Shown: positions 49,931 through 60,809 of the stretch, one piece after another
Layout: each line of letters starts with the position of its first letter
How positions within the stretch are numbered: the first letter of the stretch is position 1
NCBI GenBank assembly: GCA_041571435.1
Contig: JBFFUI010000006.1
Coordinates: 1 to 64,000 of the forward strand
Length of the DNA stretch: 64,000 nucleotides
Reading direction: 5' to 3'
Source: Sulfurimonadaceae bacterium
GTDB lineage: Bacteria > Campylobacterota > Campylobacteria > Campylobacterales > Sulfurimonadaceae
The notes under the pieces: model-generated
Database searches by the model: none
The model's input: the letters and a program-made list of their open reading frames with translations, nothing else
Told to the model about the DNA's origin: nothing
Made by a program: the position numbers and the translations under genes

Positions 49931-50785
49931 CTATTCACCCCAGCTTAGTTTCTCTTTGAGTACCTCAAAGTAGTTAAATTCGTTTCTGTGTATCAGACGT
50001 GCAGACTCTTTGGCGAGGTGGATCTTGATGATATCCTCTTCGCCGAATTCATACATATCCTGTCCGTCAACAACAGCCAGGGCACTTTTGTCAGGTGTTT
50101 TGACCTCGATCTCATATTGGCCCGGAAGCACAACCGGACGCTGTGTCAGTGAGTGCGGCGAAATGGGTGTAACGGCGAAAACCTGAGTCAAAGGAAAAAG
50201 TACCGGCCCGCCGCAAGAGAGATTGTACGCTGTGGATCCTGTCGGTGTCGAAACAATGACGCCGTCACCGTAATAGGTGTTAAACGCTCTGCCGTCAACA
50301 AAGGTCTCCAGATGAATCATTTTGGAGATCGAGGGACGCGTCATCACGATATCATTAAAGGCAACAACCTCTTTAACTTCATCTTTTGAGTGAATACTTG
50401 CTCGCAGCATAGCGCGTTTATCAATGCGGAAATCACCGCTTTTGAGCTTGGGAATAAAGGCATCAAGTTCATCCATGTCAAAGTCGGCAAGAAAACCGAG
50501 TTTACCGGCGTGTACGCCCAGAACAGGCATTTTCCATTTAAATGAACGTCGCACAGCAGAGATAAGCGTACCGTCACCACCCAGGGTGACCAGCATGTCC
50601 ACACTCTGACACATAAGGTCAAACTCCTGTCCCATAACATCGATCATCCCGCCGCTGATATTGTCGATGACGACATCGATATTATGCGATTCAAAAATCT
50701 CTTTAATCTGATAAAACTTATCTTTAAGTTCGGGAGTTGAGGGTCGCAGAACAACCCCTATGCTCTTAATAGTTAATGGTTCCAA
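49931..50785 (-). CDS. nadK: NAD kinase
   Basis: LGGDGT, G.LGFL, TPTGSTAY..S.GGP; start set at TTG 50785. Confidence 0.94.
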   Translation of the reverse strand: MEPLTIKSIGVVLRPSTPELKDKFYQIKEIFESHNIDVVIDNISGGMIDVMGQEFDLMCQSVDMLVTLGGDGTLISAVRRSFKWKMPVLGVHAGKLGFLADFDMDELDAFIPKLKSGDFRIDKRAMLRASIHSKDEVKEVVAFNDIVMTRPSISKMIHLETFVDGRAFNTYYGDGVIVSTPTGSTAYNLSCGGPVLFPLTQVFAVTPISPHSLTQRPVVLPGQYEIEVKTPDKSALAVVDGQDMYEFGEEDIIKIHLAKESARLIHRNEFNYFEVLKEKLSWGE

Positions 50786-50950
50786 ATCAGTTAGCCTTTG
50801 ACTTTTATAGTGATGATTATAGCTTATTCTTGTAAAACCACTGAAAAATATGTCGTATAACCGCACTGCTTCAATCATTATCTCAAATACTTTTAGCTAT
50901 AATCGCGAAAAATATTACGGGCACATTTGTCCTTAAAAAGGATATTCTCG

Positions 50951-52705
50951 GTGAGAAGTCATTACTGTACAGATTTAAGTGAAAAAAATATAGGCGACAA
51001 AGTTGAGCTTGCCGGTTGGGCGAACAACTACCGTGACCACGGCGGTATCATCTTTATTGACCTGCGTGACAAAAGCGGTTTGATCCAGCTGGTATGTGAT
51101 CCTGCTGACAATGCTGCTGCACACAAAACAGCAAATGAGGTCCGTGACGAATTTGTTCTTCTTGTCAAAGGAACTATCCGTGCCCGCGGTGAAGGTCTGA
51201 CCAACCCGCGCCTTAAAACAGGTGCTATTGAAGTCGTTGTCGATGAACTTGTTATCGAAAACCGTTCTGCGCCGATGCCGTTTGTTATCGGTGACGACAA
51301 GGTCGGTGAAGAGACAAAGCTCAAGTACCGTTACCTTGACCTTCGCGCACCAAGTTCGTATGAGACCTTCCGTTTGCGTTCAAAAGCGGCTATTGCTGCG
51401 CGTAACTCTTTGGACAAGCTTGGTTTCCTTGAAGTAGAAACACCGATCCTCACCAAGTCGACACCGGAAGGCGCCCGTGACTATCTTGTCCCTTCACGTG
51501 TCCACGAGGGCGAGTTCTATGCGCTTCCGCAGTCTCCGCAGCTTTTTAAGCAACTGCTTATGGTGGGTGGTTTTGACCGTTATTTCCAGATCGCAAAATG
51601 TTTCCGTGACGAAGACCTACGTGCAGACCGCCAGCCTGAATTTACACAGATAGATGTCGAGATGAGCTTCTGTGACCAGGAAGATGTCATCAGTGTTGCC
51701 GAGACACTGATTGTTGACATGTTTGAAGCCTGTGGCCACGAAGTCAAAGCACCGTTTAACCGTATGACACACGCCGAAGCGATGGAGTCTTACGGTTCAG
51801 ACAAGCCAGATATGCGTTACGGTCTCAAGATGGTCGATGTCATCGATATTTTTGAGCGTTGCGACAATGCAATCTTTACCGAGATCGCTAAAAACCCTAA
51901 GATGAACCGTATTAAAGCGCTTCGTGTTCCGGGTGCTGACCTGGTCTTCTCAAAACGTGAGATGAAATCTTTCGAAGACTATGTACGTAAATTTGGTGCA
52001 CACGGTCTAGGGTATTTCCAGATGAAAGAGGACGGTCTTAAAGGACCGCTAACGAAGTTCTTCTCTGATGAGGATATCCAGCTAATCATCGAGCGTACAG
52101 AGCTTGAAGTGGGCGATGTCGTATTCTTCGGTGCCGGTGAGAAGAAGACAGTATGGGACTACATGGGCCGTTTCAGAATCTTTATCGCCGAACATGAAAA
52201 GATGAACCTTGTTCCGGAAGGTACATTTGAATTCCTGTGGGTTGTCGACTTCCCGATGTTCGAGATCGAAGATGGCCGTGTCAAAGCTTTGCACCACCCG
52301 TTCACACAGCCTAAAGACCTTGTACACGAGCATATCGAGGATATCGAGTCAATTGCGTACGATATCGTGCTCAACGGTGTCGAGCTCGGCGGAGGATCTA
52401 TCCGTATTCACCAGGAACATGTTCAGTCTGAAATCTTCAAGCTTCTCGGTATCGAAGAGGAAGAAGCACATGATAAGTTCGGCTTCCTGCTTGACGCGCT
52501 TAAGTTCGGTGCACCGCCACACGGCGGTTTTGCACTTGGTTTTGACCGCTTCATGATGCTGCTTGCCGGTAAAGACAGTATTCGTGATGTCATCGCCTTC
52601 CCTAAAACACAAAAAGCTTCATGTATCCTGACACAGGCACCAAGCGAAGTGGACAACAACCAACTGCGTGACTTGCACATCCGTCTACGCGAATCGTCAA
52701 AGTAA
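50951..52705 (+). CDS. aspS: Aspartate-tRNA ligase, probably non-discriminating (Asp/Asn)
   Basis: [37 protein letters not shown] 50951 behind AAGGA. Confidence 0.97.
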   Translation: MRSHYCTDLSEKNIGDKVELAGWANNYRDHGGIIFIDLRDKSGLIQLVCDPADNAAAHKTANEVRDEFVLLVKGTIRARGEGLTNPRLKTGAIEVVVDELVIENRSAPMPFVIGDDKVGEETKLKYRYLDLRAPSSYETFRLRSKAAIAARNSLDKLGFLEVETPILTKSTPEGARDYLVPSRVHEGEFYALPQSPQLFKQLLMVGGFDRYFQIAKCFRDEDLRADRQPEFTQIDVEMSFCDQEDVISVAETLIVDMFEACGHEVKAPFNRMTHAEAMESYGSDKPDMRYGLKMVDVIDIFERCDNAIFTEIAKNPKMNRIKALRVPGADLVFSKREMKSFEDYVRKFGAHGLGYFQMKEDGLKGPLTKFFSDEDIQLIIERTELEVGDVVFFGAGEKKTVWDYMGRFRIFIAEHEKMNLVPEGTFEFLWVVDFPMFEIEDGRVKALHHPFTQPKDLVHEHIEDIESIAYDIVLNGVELGGGSIRIHQEHVQSEIFKLLGIEEEEAHDKFGFLLDALKFGAPPHGGFALGFDRFMMLLAGKDSIRDVIAFPKTQKASCILTQAPSEVDNNQLRDLHIRLRESSK

Positions 52706-52709
52706 CGTT

Positions 52710-53279
52710 TTGAAGAAACTTTTTCTTATCATCGGCGCACCGGGATCGGGAAAGACAACGGATGCTGAGCTGATTGCAAAAAACAACGACGCAATCACCC
52801 ACTACTCTGCCGGCGACATGTTCCGTGCAGAAGTGGCCAGCGGTTCAGAACAGGGCAAGATCATTGACAGCTATATCTCAAAAGGCAATATCGTGCCGAT
52901 AGAGATTGCTATCGAGACCATTGTTTCCGCCATCAAAAAAGCCCCGACCGATGTCGTAATCATTGACGGTTACCCACGTTCACAGGAGCAGCTGGAAGCA
53001 CTCGACAACTACCTTACCCCTGATCACGGTGTGGCATTGATCAACGTGATTGAGGTCGTTGTCAGTGAAGATGTCGCTCGTGACCGTGTATTGGGACGCG
53101 CTCGCGGTGCTGATGACAATACGGAGGTCTTCAACAACCGCATGAAAGTCTATACGGAACCACTGAAGCTTATTGAAGACTTTTATGAAGCAAAACAGAT
53201 GCTTGTCAAAATCGACGGCGAGCGAAGCATTGAAGCGATTGTTTCCGAGATGCAGTCGTTCATCGCGTCAAAAATATAA
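52710..53279 (+). CDS. adk: Adenylate kinase (short LID)
   Basis: GAPGSGKTT, IDGYPR, RGADD; TTG start. Confidence 0.93.
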   Translation: MKKLFLIIGAPGSGKTTDAELIAKNNDAITHYSAGDMFRAEVASGSEQGKIIDSYISKGNIVPIEIAIETIVSAIKKAPTDVVIIDGYPRSQEQLEALDNYLTPDHGVALINVIEVVVSEDVARDRVLGRARGADDNTEVFNNRMKVYTEPLKLIEDFYEAKQMLVKIDGERSIEAIVSEMQSFIASKI

Positions 53280-53290
53280 TTCCATTCAGC

Positions 53291-53316
53291 AGCAGTTATG
53301 CTGCATATTAACTGCT
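53291..53316 (+). terminator. Hairpin after adk
   Basis: AGCAGTTA-N10-TAACTGCT. Confidence 0.5.
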
Positions 53317-53542
53317 CGTCCAGCACATCCTCTCAATTGACGTCAATATGCTTTTTCGGGTGATCTGTACAGATGGGTTGTTTATGTAATTAAGATAAGA
53401 TATTTTTAGGATATGCCAAAGAAGTATCGCAAGCGTGTTGCATAGTAAGCATCTTTTCTATTTTATGCACTGTTTGACTTTATTCATAGGTTAAAAGAAG
53501 TGGCTATTACGGTAGGAATAATCTAGAAATGGAGTCAGAAAG

Positions 53543-54289
53543 ATGACAGAACCTCACATCTACGCCGTTATCATCGGTTCAGAAATCTTGAACGGCCGCC
53601 GAACCGATAAGCACTTTGACTTTCTTAAAAGCGCCCTTGCTGCACGAGGCTACAGTCTATACTGTGTCGAAATCATAAAAGATGATGCGGCATTGATCAA
53701 GAGCAGTTTTGAACGCGTTAAAGCGGATAAACAGAGCTTACTATTCAGTTTCGGCGGTATCGGTTCGACACCTGACGATCTCACACGTCCTATTGCAGCG
53801 GATGTATTTACGTCTGGTCCGCTGATCCGACATACGCAGTTTGAAAAAGATATCATTGAACGGTTTGGCGAAAGCGCTTTTCCCAACCGTATCCATATGT
53901 CGGATTTGCCTTCCGGTGCCTCCCTTTTGAAAAACCCCGTCAACAACATGTCCGGCTTTTACCTCGATGAACGGTTCTTTTTCGTCCCCGGGTTTCCGGA
54001 GATGGCCCACGCCATGGTTGAGGAGGCAATAGAGCGTTTTTTGCCTCAGAACAGACCTCTATATCGCAAAACCGTTCTGGCACATTGCAGCGAAGAGCGG
54101 TTTATCCCGATCATGCGCAGTATCCCAAAAGAGGTCGAGTGTTCCTCTTTGCCGATGTTTGTCGGCGGCAAGGCCAAAGTCGAGATGTCGGTAGCCTCTT
54201 ATGACGAAGCGATCAGCCGCAAGTACTTTACGATGTTTGTCGACTTTCTCGAAGAAAACAATATCGGCTACGAGGTCAAGGCGCAATGA
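53543..54289 (+). CDS. CinA-like molybdopterin-binding domain protein
   Basis: IIGSEILNG, GGIGSTPDDLT, PGFPEMA. Confidence 0.88.
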   Translation: MTEPHIYAVIIGSEILNGRRTDKHFDFLKSALAARGYSLYCVEIIKDDAALIKSSFERVKADKQSLLFSFGGIGSTPDDLTRPIAADVFTSGPLIRHTQFEKDIIERFGESAFPNRIHMSDLPSGASLLKNPVNNMSGFYLDERFFFVPGFPEMAHAMVEEAIERFLPQNRPLYRKTVLAHCSEERFIPIMRSIPKEVECSSLPMFVGGKAKVEMSVASYDEAISRKYFTMFVDFLEENNIGYEVKAQ

Positions 54290-55425
54290 GCACGACACTC
54301 TTTCCTCTGGCCTTTATCGGTGTCATGTATTTGATGAACACCTATATCCATAAACGCCTTTTTAAACGTCTGCATTTCAATGTTCGCAGGTTCAGTTTTT
54401 TATTTCTCTCAGCTGTCTTTGTTTTTGAGATATTTTTTGTTGTTCAGATACTCTTCCACCCTATCCCGGGTTCGCAGTCCCTCTATTACATATTCAGTTT
54501 ACCTGTAGCGTTCACCGTGACACTTTTTTTCATCACACTCCTTTATGACCTAATCCATACTACAGCTCAACAGATCCCTTTTGACCAAAGCCGCAGACGT
54601 TTTATGAAGATCGCCTTTGACGTAACGATGTTGATCCTCGCCGTTTCTTACATGCTCAAAGGGATGATTGGTGGCATCAAAAAGCCTGTACTCAACAAAA
54701 TCGATGTTTTTATCAAAGATCTTGGCTTTGAGGCGTTGACAATCGTCCAGCTGACCGATGTCCATGTTGGCAATACGATCGGAAAATCATTTGTCCAGGA
54801 TTGCGTCAACCGGATCAATGCACTTAAACCCGATATTGTTGTTATAACCGGCGATCTTATCGACAGAGAGATAGAGGATGCCAAAGATGATCTCATGCCC
54901 TTAAAAGAGCTGCAGACAAAATATGGCACCTATTTTATACTCGGTAACCATGAGTACTATCATGGCCCCCAGGAGGCGGCTGACTTTATGCCTGAGTTGA
55001 ACATTACGCCTCTGTTAAATGACAGTGTTGTCATTCGTGACGGTGAAAATGCTATTAACCTTGTCGGGATCAATGATTTGCAGTCCCTGCGTTTTGATAC
55101 TCTTCCTGTAGACACCTATGAGGCGTTTGGCGGTATCGACAAATCACTTGCTACGGTCCTTCTTGCGCATCAACCTAAAAGTATTGAGATCGTTGAAGAG
55201 CATAACTATGATCTTATGATCAGCGGCCACACACATGGCGGTCAGATCTTCCCTTTCGGCTTTTTGGTGATGCTACAGCAACCTTTTCTCGCCGGACTGC
55301 ATTATATCACTGACAGAAAACAGATCTTTGTCAGCCGGGGAACGGGGTTTTGGGGACCTCCGGTACGCGTTTTCGCCCCAAGCGAGATATCGGTGCTGAC
55401 CTTAAAACCAAAAGTGACTATTTAG
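54286..55425 (+). CDS. Membrane-anchored metallophosphoesterase (YkuE/YaeI-like)
   Basis: DVHVG, TGDLID, GNHE, SGHTHGGQ. Confidence 0.93.
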   Translation: MSTTLFPLAFIGVMYLMNTYIHKRLFKRLHFNVRRFSFLFLSAVFVFEIFFVVQILFHPIPGSQSLYYIFSLPVAFTVTLFFITLLYDLIHTTAQQIPFDQSRRRFMKIAFDVTMLILAVSYMLKGMIGGIKKPVLNKIDVFIKDLGFEALTIVQLTDVHVGNTIGKSFVQDCVNRINALKPDIVVITGDLIDREIEDAKDDLMPLKELQTKYGTYFILGNHEYYHGPQEAADFMPELNITPLLNDSVVIRDGENAINLVGINDLQSLRFDTLPVDTYEAFGGIDKSLATVLLAHQPKSIEIVEEHNYDLMISGHTHGGQIFPFGFLVMLQQPFLAGLHYITDRKQIFVSRGTGFWGPPVRVFAPSEISVLTLKPKVTI

Positions 55426-55550
55426 CCTCTTTTTTTAAACTGCATAAATGTTCTTTAACTCCCTTAAACATGGCAATTTGTCATCAAAATCTCTTGTAAT
55501 AAAATACATATTACTATATAATAAACTATATAATTGAGCAAGGAAAAGAT

Positions 55551-55739
55551 TTGAAGCCAAAAGACGAAGTGACACGTTCTCTTGTGATTGACAGACAAAC
55601 ATGGGATGAGGCGATGAAATATTCACGTAGCCGGTACAAGATGAGCTTGAGCAAAGTGACTGAAAAGCTGCTGCAGGAGTGGTTGGCTAAAGAGCGTCGC
55701 AAACCACTCGAAAATGAAAACCAGAAACAGTTCTTCTAG
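55551..55739 (+). CDS. Small protein, probable ribbon-helix-helix DNA-binding protein
   Basis: AAGGA RBS with TTG; VTRSLVID strand, helix, then SLSKVTEKLLQEWL. Confidence 0.6.
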   Translation: MKPKDEVTRSLVIDRQTWDEAMKYSRSRYKMSLSKVTEKLLQEWLAKERRKPLENENQKQFF

Positions 55740-55849
55740 ATTAGAGGTGCAGGTTATATTTTCTACTCTTTGATTGGCATACGGTTATTCGGTATTTATG
55801 AATATATTATGTTATGATTTATCATACTCTATCGATGAAGGAAAAAAAG

Positions 55850-56203
55850 ATGAACGATGAAAATCAAGAATCCCCTGAAGAAAAAAGCGGCTCCATCTGG
55901 CAGTATGGCAAGGATATCGGCCATCTGGCATCATCAAGCGGGAGTATGTCCCAAGTACGAAAAGATATCATCAAATTTTCGTTGGGTTTTGAGATCAAAG
56001 ATATACGGACCTATGCGGGGTATAAGGGTGATCTTCTTGTTGAGATCATGGCCACAGACCCAGAAGTCATTCAAACGATAAAGAAATGGGCTGAAAACCT
56101 TGGTATGGAGACCGTGCTAAAAGAGAATCAGATGACGATGATTTATGAGCTTTATTGTATTACACCCGATGAAGATGTCTATGGTCTGGCTGCCCCTAAG
56201 TAG
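55850..56203 (+). CDS. Hypothetical protein
   Basis: ORF with AAGGA RBS before ATG 55850. Confidence 0.65.
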   Translation: MNDENQESPEEKSGSIWQYGKDIGHLASSSGSMSQVRKDIIKFSLGFEIKDIRTYAGYKGDLLVEIMATDPEVIQTIKKWAENLGMETVLKENQMTMIYELYCITPDEDVYGLAAPK

Positions 56204-56242
56204 TAGTTCTGCGTTATCTAAACTGTCAGGTCTTTGCAACGG

Positions 56243-56632
56243 TTATTGAATCGTGAACGTCGTTGAGACCTCTTCTTCCTCCAGCTCAGCTGTAACTGTC
56301 CACTCTCCTTTTGTGCGTCCCTTCTTATAGCGCATATCATAGATACTGGCGTGGTTGGCAGGCAAGGCTGTTGCGCGTTCACGGTCATCTTTCCCATTGG
56401 GTGATTTCCATATAAATTCGACGTCACGCTCTCTGTTTACACGCTCTGCCATCAACTTACAGGTGATCTTCTCATCCTCATCAAGACAGATAAGCGCGCC
56501 TTTTTTGCCAGCGCTTTTCTCAACCTTTTTCGCTACTTTTAGACCAGTTTCACTCGTTTTGCCACCGTGGTCATCTTCAGAACAAGCAGTAAATAGTACT
56601 GCTATAAGTATTGCTATAATGTACTGTTTCAT
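56243..56632 (-). CDS. Putative lipoprotein
   Basis: FTAC lipobox; beta-sandwich-like C-terminus (F.WKSP.G...GEWTV). Confidence 0.8.
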   Translation of the reverse strand: MKQYIIAILIAVLFTACSEDDHGGKTSETGLKVAKKVEKSAGKKGALICLDEDEKITCKLMAERVNRERDVEFIWKSPNGKDDRERATALPANHASIYDMRYKKGRTKGEWTVTAELEEEEVSTTFTIQ

Positions 56633-57102
56633 TGCATCTCTTCCAAAATTTTTATCATACTGTTTTTATGCATTTTTTTGGCAAAGCCCAATGCTGTCAA
56701 CCCTTTACTCTCTACGGCATTAACATCGGCGCCCGCTTCAAGCAGCAGTCTTAATATGTCATGTCTGCCGTAGCATACAGCGGCCATCAGTGGCGTGAAC
56801 CCGCTTTTACGCGTGGTCTCATTGATATCTTTACCTTTTGCAATCAGCAGTTTGATAATGTATATATTGTTGTAGGTAATAGCAAAATCAAAGATGCTTA
56901 CACCTTCATCGTCTTGGTAAAAAAGGTCCGCACCATTATCTATCAGCAGTTCCAGCATATCCTGATCAACACGGGACTTAAGGGCATATGCCAGAACGGA
57001 CTCCCCTGATTCTGTCTTGGCATTGAGATCAGCCCCCTCTTTAATCAGCTTTTTAGCTGCCAGATAGTCATTGTTTTGTAATACTGTGATCCATTTTGTC
57101 AT
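56629..57102 (-). CDS. Ankyrin repeat protein
   Basis: GADLN, GFTPLMAA, LLEAGADVN repeats; ATG 57102. Confidence 0.9.
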   Translation of the reverse strand: MTKWITVLQNNDYLAAKKLIKEGADLNAKTESGESVLAYALKSRVDQDMLELLIDNGADLFYQDDEGVSIFDFAITYNNIYIIKLLIAKGKDINETTRKSGFTPLMAAVCYGRHDILRLLLEAGADVNAVESKGLTALGFAKKMHKNSMIKILEEMQ

Positions 57103-57282
57103 TCGCTGTTCCGCTAATAAAATATTATATCCAGAAAGTATATCAAAGATGTCTAAGACAAAGTGCATACAGGTAGAGGTTTGCATATGTTTGAGTTTAC
57201 TTTAAGTAGCGTGTCTGGTTCCTCCCCCTAAAGAAAGTCATGGTAATATTTCACAACTAAAAATCCTACAAAGCGAGAACCA

Positions 57283-58479
57283 ATGGAAATTATTCAAACT
57301 GCTGATGCGTTTAAAGCACTAATTGACAACATTAAGACGATGGAGGGGTACAAAGACCCTCTGGCATTCGGTATCTGTCGTGTCGATCTTGGCCAAAAGA
57401 ACAGTGACAAAGTACTTCAGGCTACCTATCCTGTTATCAACTGGAATGAGAATTTTGGTTCTGCCGCAATCTTCATCGAGGCCCTTCGTGAACAAGGTAT
57501 TGCCGTAGACTTTTCTGAAAGTGAAGTCGTTTGTAATGTCAACCTTGCTTTCTTGGAATCATGCCTGAACGCATTTACACCATACGCCGATGAAGCGTTT
57601 GGTGATGCACACAAGAACATCCAGGTCATCTCTGCACTGTACAGTCAGCTAAAAACCGAAGGTGCACGTGAGGGAGAGTTCCGCGTTGCCTTTATCTTTG
57701 ACGATGTCGCCATTAAAAGTGTTGAAGCTGCCTATTTAAAGCTGTATGCAATGTCTCTCGCAAAAGTTGAACTTCGCTCGATCTGTCTTGACGGTGCTTT
57801 TGGTACACTTCCTAACGTTGCATGGTCTGACGGCCAGCCGATCGAACTAGACTGGCTTCGTGAAAACGAGATAGAGCTTAAATTCGCCAACGCCTATCCG
57901 CACATTGACTTTGTAGATAAGTTCCCACGTTTCCTTCAGCACATCATCCCTGCGGACAACACGCGTATTCTTGAAACATCCAAAGTACGTTTCGGTGCAC
58001 AGCTTCACGCCGGTACAACAGTTATGCCGGGTGCTTCTTACATCAACTTCAATGCCGGTACGACAGGTGTCAGTATGGTTGAAGGACGTATCTCTAGTTC
58101 AGCTATCGTTGGTGATGGTTCGGATGTTGGCGGCGGTGCTTCCATTCTAGGTGTCCTGAGCGGTACAGACGGCAACCCGATCTCTATCGGAAAGAACTCG
58201 CTTTTGGGAGCCAACTCTGTTTGTGGTATTCCTTTGGGTGATGCCTGTATCATTGATGCCGGCATCGCTATCCTCGAAGGTACAAAGGTCGGTATCTATC
58301 CGGAACAGCTTGTAAAGATCCAAGAGGTCAACAAAGGTGTTACGATGCAAGGCGAGGTTTTCAAAGGTAAAGACCTTGCTGGTCTTAACGGTCTGCACTT
58401 CCGTCAGAACTCACTGACAGGTGAGATCACCGCATCACGATCGACTCGCGAGATCAAGCTCAACGCTGATCTTCACTAA
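57283..58479 (+). CDS. dapD: Tetrahydrodipicolinate N-succinyltransferase
   Basis: VDKFPR, YINFNAGT, EGRISS, hexapeptide repeats, FRQNS.TG. Confidence 0.95.
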   Translation: MEIIQTADAFKALIDNIKTMEGYKDPLAFGICRVDLGQKNSDKVLQATYPVINWNENFGSAAIFIEALREQGIAVDFSESEVVCNVNLAFLESCLNAFTPYADEAFGDAHKNIQVISALYSQLKTEGAREGEFRVAFIFDDVAIKSVEAAYLKLYAMSLAKVELRSICLDGAFGTLPNVAWSDGQPIELDWLRENEIELKFANAYPHIDFVDKFPRFLQHIIPADNTRILETSKVRFGAQLHAGTTVMPGASYINFNAGTTGVSMVEGRISSSAIVGDGSDVGGGASILGVLSGTDGNPISIGKNSLLGANSVCGIPLGDACIIDAGIAILEGTKVGIYPEQLVKIQEVNKGVTMQGEVFKGKDLAGLNGLHFRQNSLTGEITASRSTREIKLNADLH

Positions 58480-58486
58480 TCCCTAA

Positions 58487-58506
58487 AACGGGGTGTGAGC
58501 CCCGTT
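58487..58506. terminator. Hairpin between convergent dapD and the NlpC/P60 gene
   Basis: AACGGGG-tgtgag-CCCCGTT. Confidence 0.65.
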
Positions 58507-58527
58507 GTCTACGCGGCTTCGTCATCT

Positions 58528-60057
58528 CTATCCATTTGCCTTCTTTTTACTTTTCACTTTGCGCTTTTTCTTTTTTTTCGCTGGCTTGTAGGTAAAGATA
58601 TTCATGCGGTCCAGGCTAGGCATCAGTGAACTGTTGTAGTCGTAGCCATTTTGTTCGCTACCGATATCCAATGTGCTGATGACGACTTTACCGACGATTA
58701 CCCGCCCCTCTTCCGCATTATCGTCAACAGTTTTGATCCCCCACATGTTGTGCAGTATCATGATATTGTCATCATAGGTCCCAAGGTAGAGCATTATATG
58801 CCCTTTGCGGTGCAAAAAGGTCTCAAACGGTATAGCTTCCGCTTTGATCAACTCCTCTTTTTCGGTTATATTGAGATCAGCAAGCGATATAACTTTTCCG
58901 ATACGTGACTGCTGTCTGGAGTTGCGGGGCATCCAGATACCGAATGGCGTATAGATGTCACGCAGTGTCGAAGAGCAGTCTCTCTCTTCATACAGTCCTC
59001 CCCAACCGTAATTGCTTTTCATGACACCGGATGTTATCCGGGTAAGGTTCTCTTGATTAAGGAAAAGCGGTTTGGTTGTCACGTCACTGTGTTTAAATCT
59101 GATCGTGACGAAGGTCGGTCTGTTAAAGGCACCGGGTGCAACAGCACGTGCATACGTATACAGCCCTCTTTTTTTCACGAAACTAAGGCGCATGCCCACA
59201 CGGGAATAAAAGAGGAAATGTCCCTCGGTGTCCGTGAGTGCGACCTTCTCTTTCAAAAGATAGACCGGTTTCGCCTTCATCCATTTTTTACGCTCTTTTT
59301 TGTTCATGAAAGCGATCGTATAGCTAGGCAGCCATCCGGAAGCGTAAGAGGTATAGACATAGGCCCATGCTTTATCTTTCGAATAGTGCGAGATGAAGAC
59401 AGGCTCATTGGCATGGATAGCACTGTTTTGAAGGTAGTCAAACGGAAAACCTTCGCCCGCAAGGTTTGGGTCTCTAAAGAGCGGCTTTTGGGTCGGAAAG
59501 TTGCGCAGTGATGAAAAATGCAGGGTTATACCGTAGCGGCTTACCTTTCCGAAATGTTCAAAATTGGCCTGCTCGAGCATCTCGTCAAACCAGGACGGTT
59601 CGAGGAGTTGCAGGTTTTCACCGTACGAACATCCTTTCGTGTAGACACGAAACGGCCAGCGGGCCGTTGAGACCCTTTCCGGAGGGCGCTTATAGCTCCA
59701 GACCGAAAAGTAGTTTTTATCAAAAGTTTTTTGGACGTCATAATACCGTTTATGCGTCGCTGAGCTCTTTTCGGCATAGACATCTATCTCTTGCGGAAAA
59801 CGGTAAAGATCCTCTACAAAATGGGGATAGACCGGTGTAATACAGAAACCATCACCGGATCCTGTCTCCTTTTTGGCAGTTGACAGTTTAAGCTGTTTCA
59901 GCTCTTTTACCGCCTTGGCGTTGCTTTGCGCGTTTATAAGCGTAAGTGTTTCGTTTTCTTGTCTTGCCTCTGTACCATACGCGTTAAAAGAGAGTAGAGC
60001 TGCCAGGCCTGTAAGCAAGAGAGCGAAACGTAAACCTTTGTTTTGATGCAACTGCAT
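58528..60057 (-). CDS. SH3-domain NlpC/P60 (C40) peptidoglycan peptidase
   Basis: YGWGG...RDCS, MPRNS..Q, GHIMLY; Lys-rich tail. Confidence 0.88.
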   Translation of the reverse strand: MQLHQNKGLRFALLLTGLAALLSFNAYGTEARQENETLTLINAQSNAKAVKELKQLKLSTAKKETGSGDGFCITPVYPHFVEDLYRFPQEIDVYAEKSSATHKRYYDVQKTFDKNYFSVWSYKRPPERVSTARWPFRVYTKGCSYGENLQLLEPSWFDEMLEQANFEHFGKVSRYGITLHFSSLRNFPTQKPLFRDPNLAGEGFPFDYLQNSAIHANEPVFISHYSKDKAWAYVYTSYASGWLPSYTIAFMNKKERKKWMKAKPVYLLKEKVALTDTEGHFLFYSRVGMRLSFVKKRGLYTYARAVAPGAFNRPTFVTIRFKHSDVTTKPLFLNQENLTRITSGVMKSNYGWGGLYEERDCSSTLRDIYTPFGIWMPRNSRQQSRIGKVISLADLNITEKEELIKAEAIPFETFLHRKGHIMLYLGTYDDNIMILHNMWGIKTVDDNAEEGRVIVGKVVISTLDIGSEQNGYDYNSSLMPSLDRMNIFTYKPAKKKKKRKVKSKKKANG

Positions 60058-60098
60058 CTCCTTTTATACCACCTCAGAGACCGTTAGAAGTGTAAAGC

Positions 60099-60764
60099 TT
60101 ACTCTACTCCGCCGTAACGCCCGACAACACGGCCGAGAATGTTGATCTGTTCCGGTGCAGCGACTTGCGGCAGATAGAAATCTTTATTGTCTGAAATTAT
60201 ATCGATTTTACCATCTATACGCTTTTGTAATCGTTTAACAAGCAGCATATCTTCTGTTTGGATCGCAAAAACACCGCCGCGGGAAATGTCGACTTTCGAA
60301 CGGTTTAAAAAGATGATGTCACCATTTAAAAAAGTGGGTTCCATCGAATCCCCGGTCACGTTGATGGCTTCTATGTTCTTCAGTTCGCTCTCACCGCCTA
60401 AAGTCGCCAGAAAGTGTGGCTCAATCGCGAGGTTTTCAGCCTCTTCGCCTTCATCCGCAAAGCCGCCGCCGCCTGCCGAAGCATTAACGGCATTAAAATA
60501 ACGGACCATATAAAACTGGTTGGTCGCCTCGACCAGGGACTCGGGACTCTGGTCGTACAAGAGCCAGTTAATGGCAATAGAACGTTTGGCGCAGAAATTC
60601 AATAGCTCCTCATAAGGGATCTTTTCGCGTTTTTTCATCGTCGCAAAATTCATCTGTGAAATCTCCAGTGCATTTGCCACATCTTTGTCAAATACTTTTT
60701 TACCCGGGATATCTGATGAGATGATATCTTTTATCTCTTCTACGATCTCGCTGAAACTTTTCAT
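60099..60764 (-). CDS. CI/LexA-like repressor: HTH plus S24 autopeptidase
   Basis: HTH DKDVANALEISQMNFATMKKR; ASAG cleavage site; GDSMEP Ser; VKRL Lys; AAAGGA RBS. Confidence 0.9.
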   Translation of the reverse strand: MKSFSEIVEEIKDIISSDIPGKKVFDKDVANALEISQMNFATMKKREKIPYEELLNFCAKRSIAINWLLYDQSPESLVEATNQFYMVRYFNAVNASAGGGGFADEGEEAENLAIEPHFLATLGGESELKNIEAINVTGDSMEPTFLNGDIIFLNRSKVDISRGGVFAIQTEDMLLVKRLQKRIDGKIDIISDNKDFYLPQVAAPEQINILGRVVGRYGGVE

Positions 60765-60809
60765 ATTCCATCCTTTTTATGGACACCTCATTGCATCGCT
60801 CTCTTCAGG

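Noticed and set aside
53336-53347. Perfect palindrome ATTGACGTCAAT
   Set aside because: Single 12-bp palindrome, expected by chance in 64 kb; spacing does not fit an FNR/CRP site
60099-60764. Prophage at the CI-like repressor
   Set aside because: No integrase, att duplication, replication or structural genes; flanks are host genes
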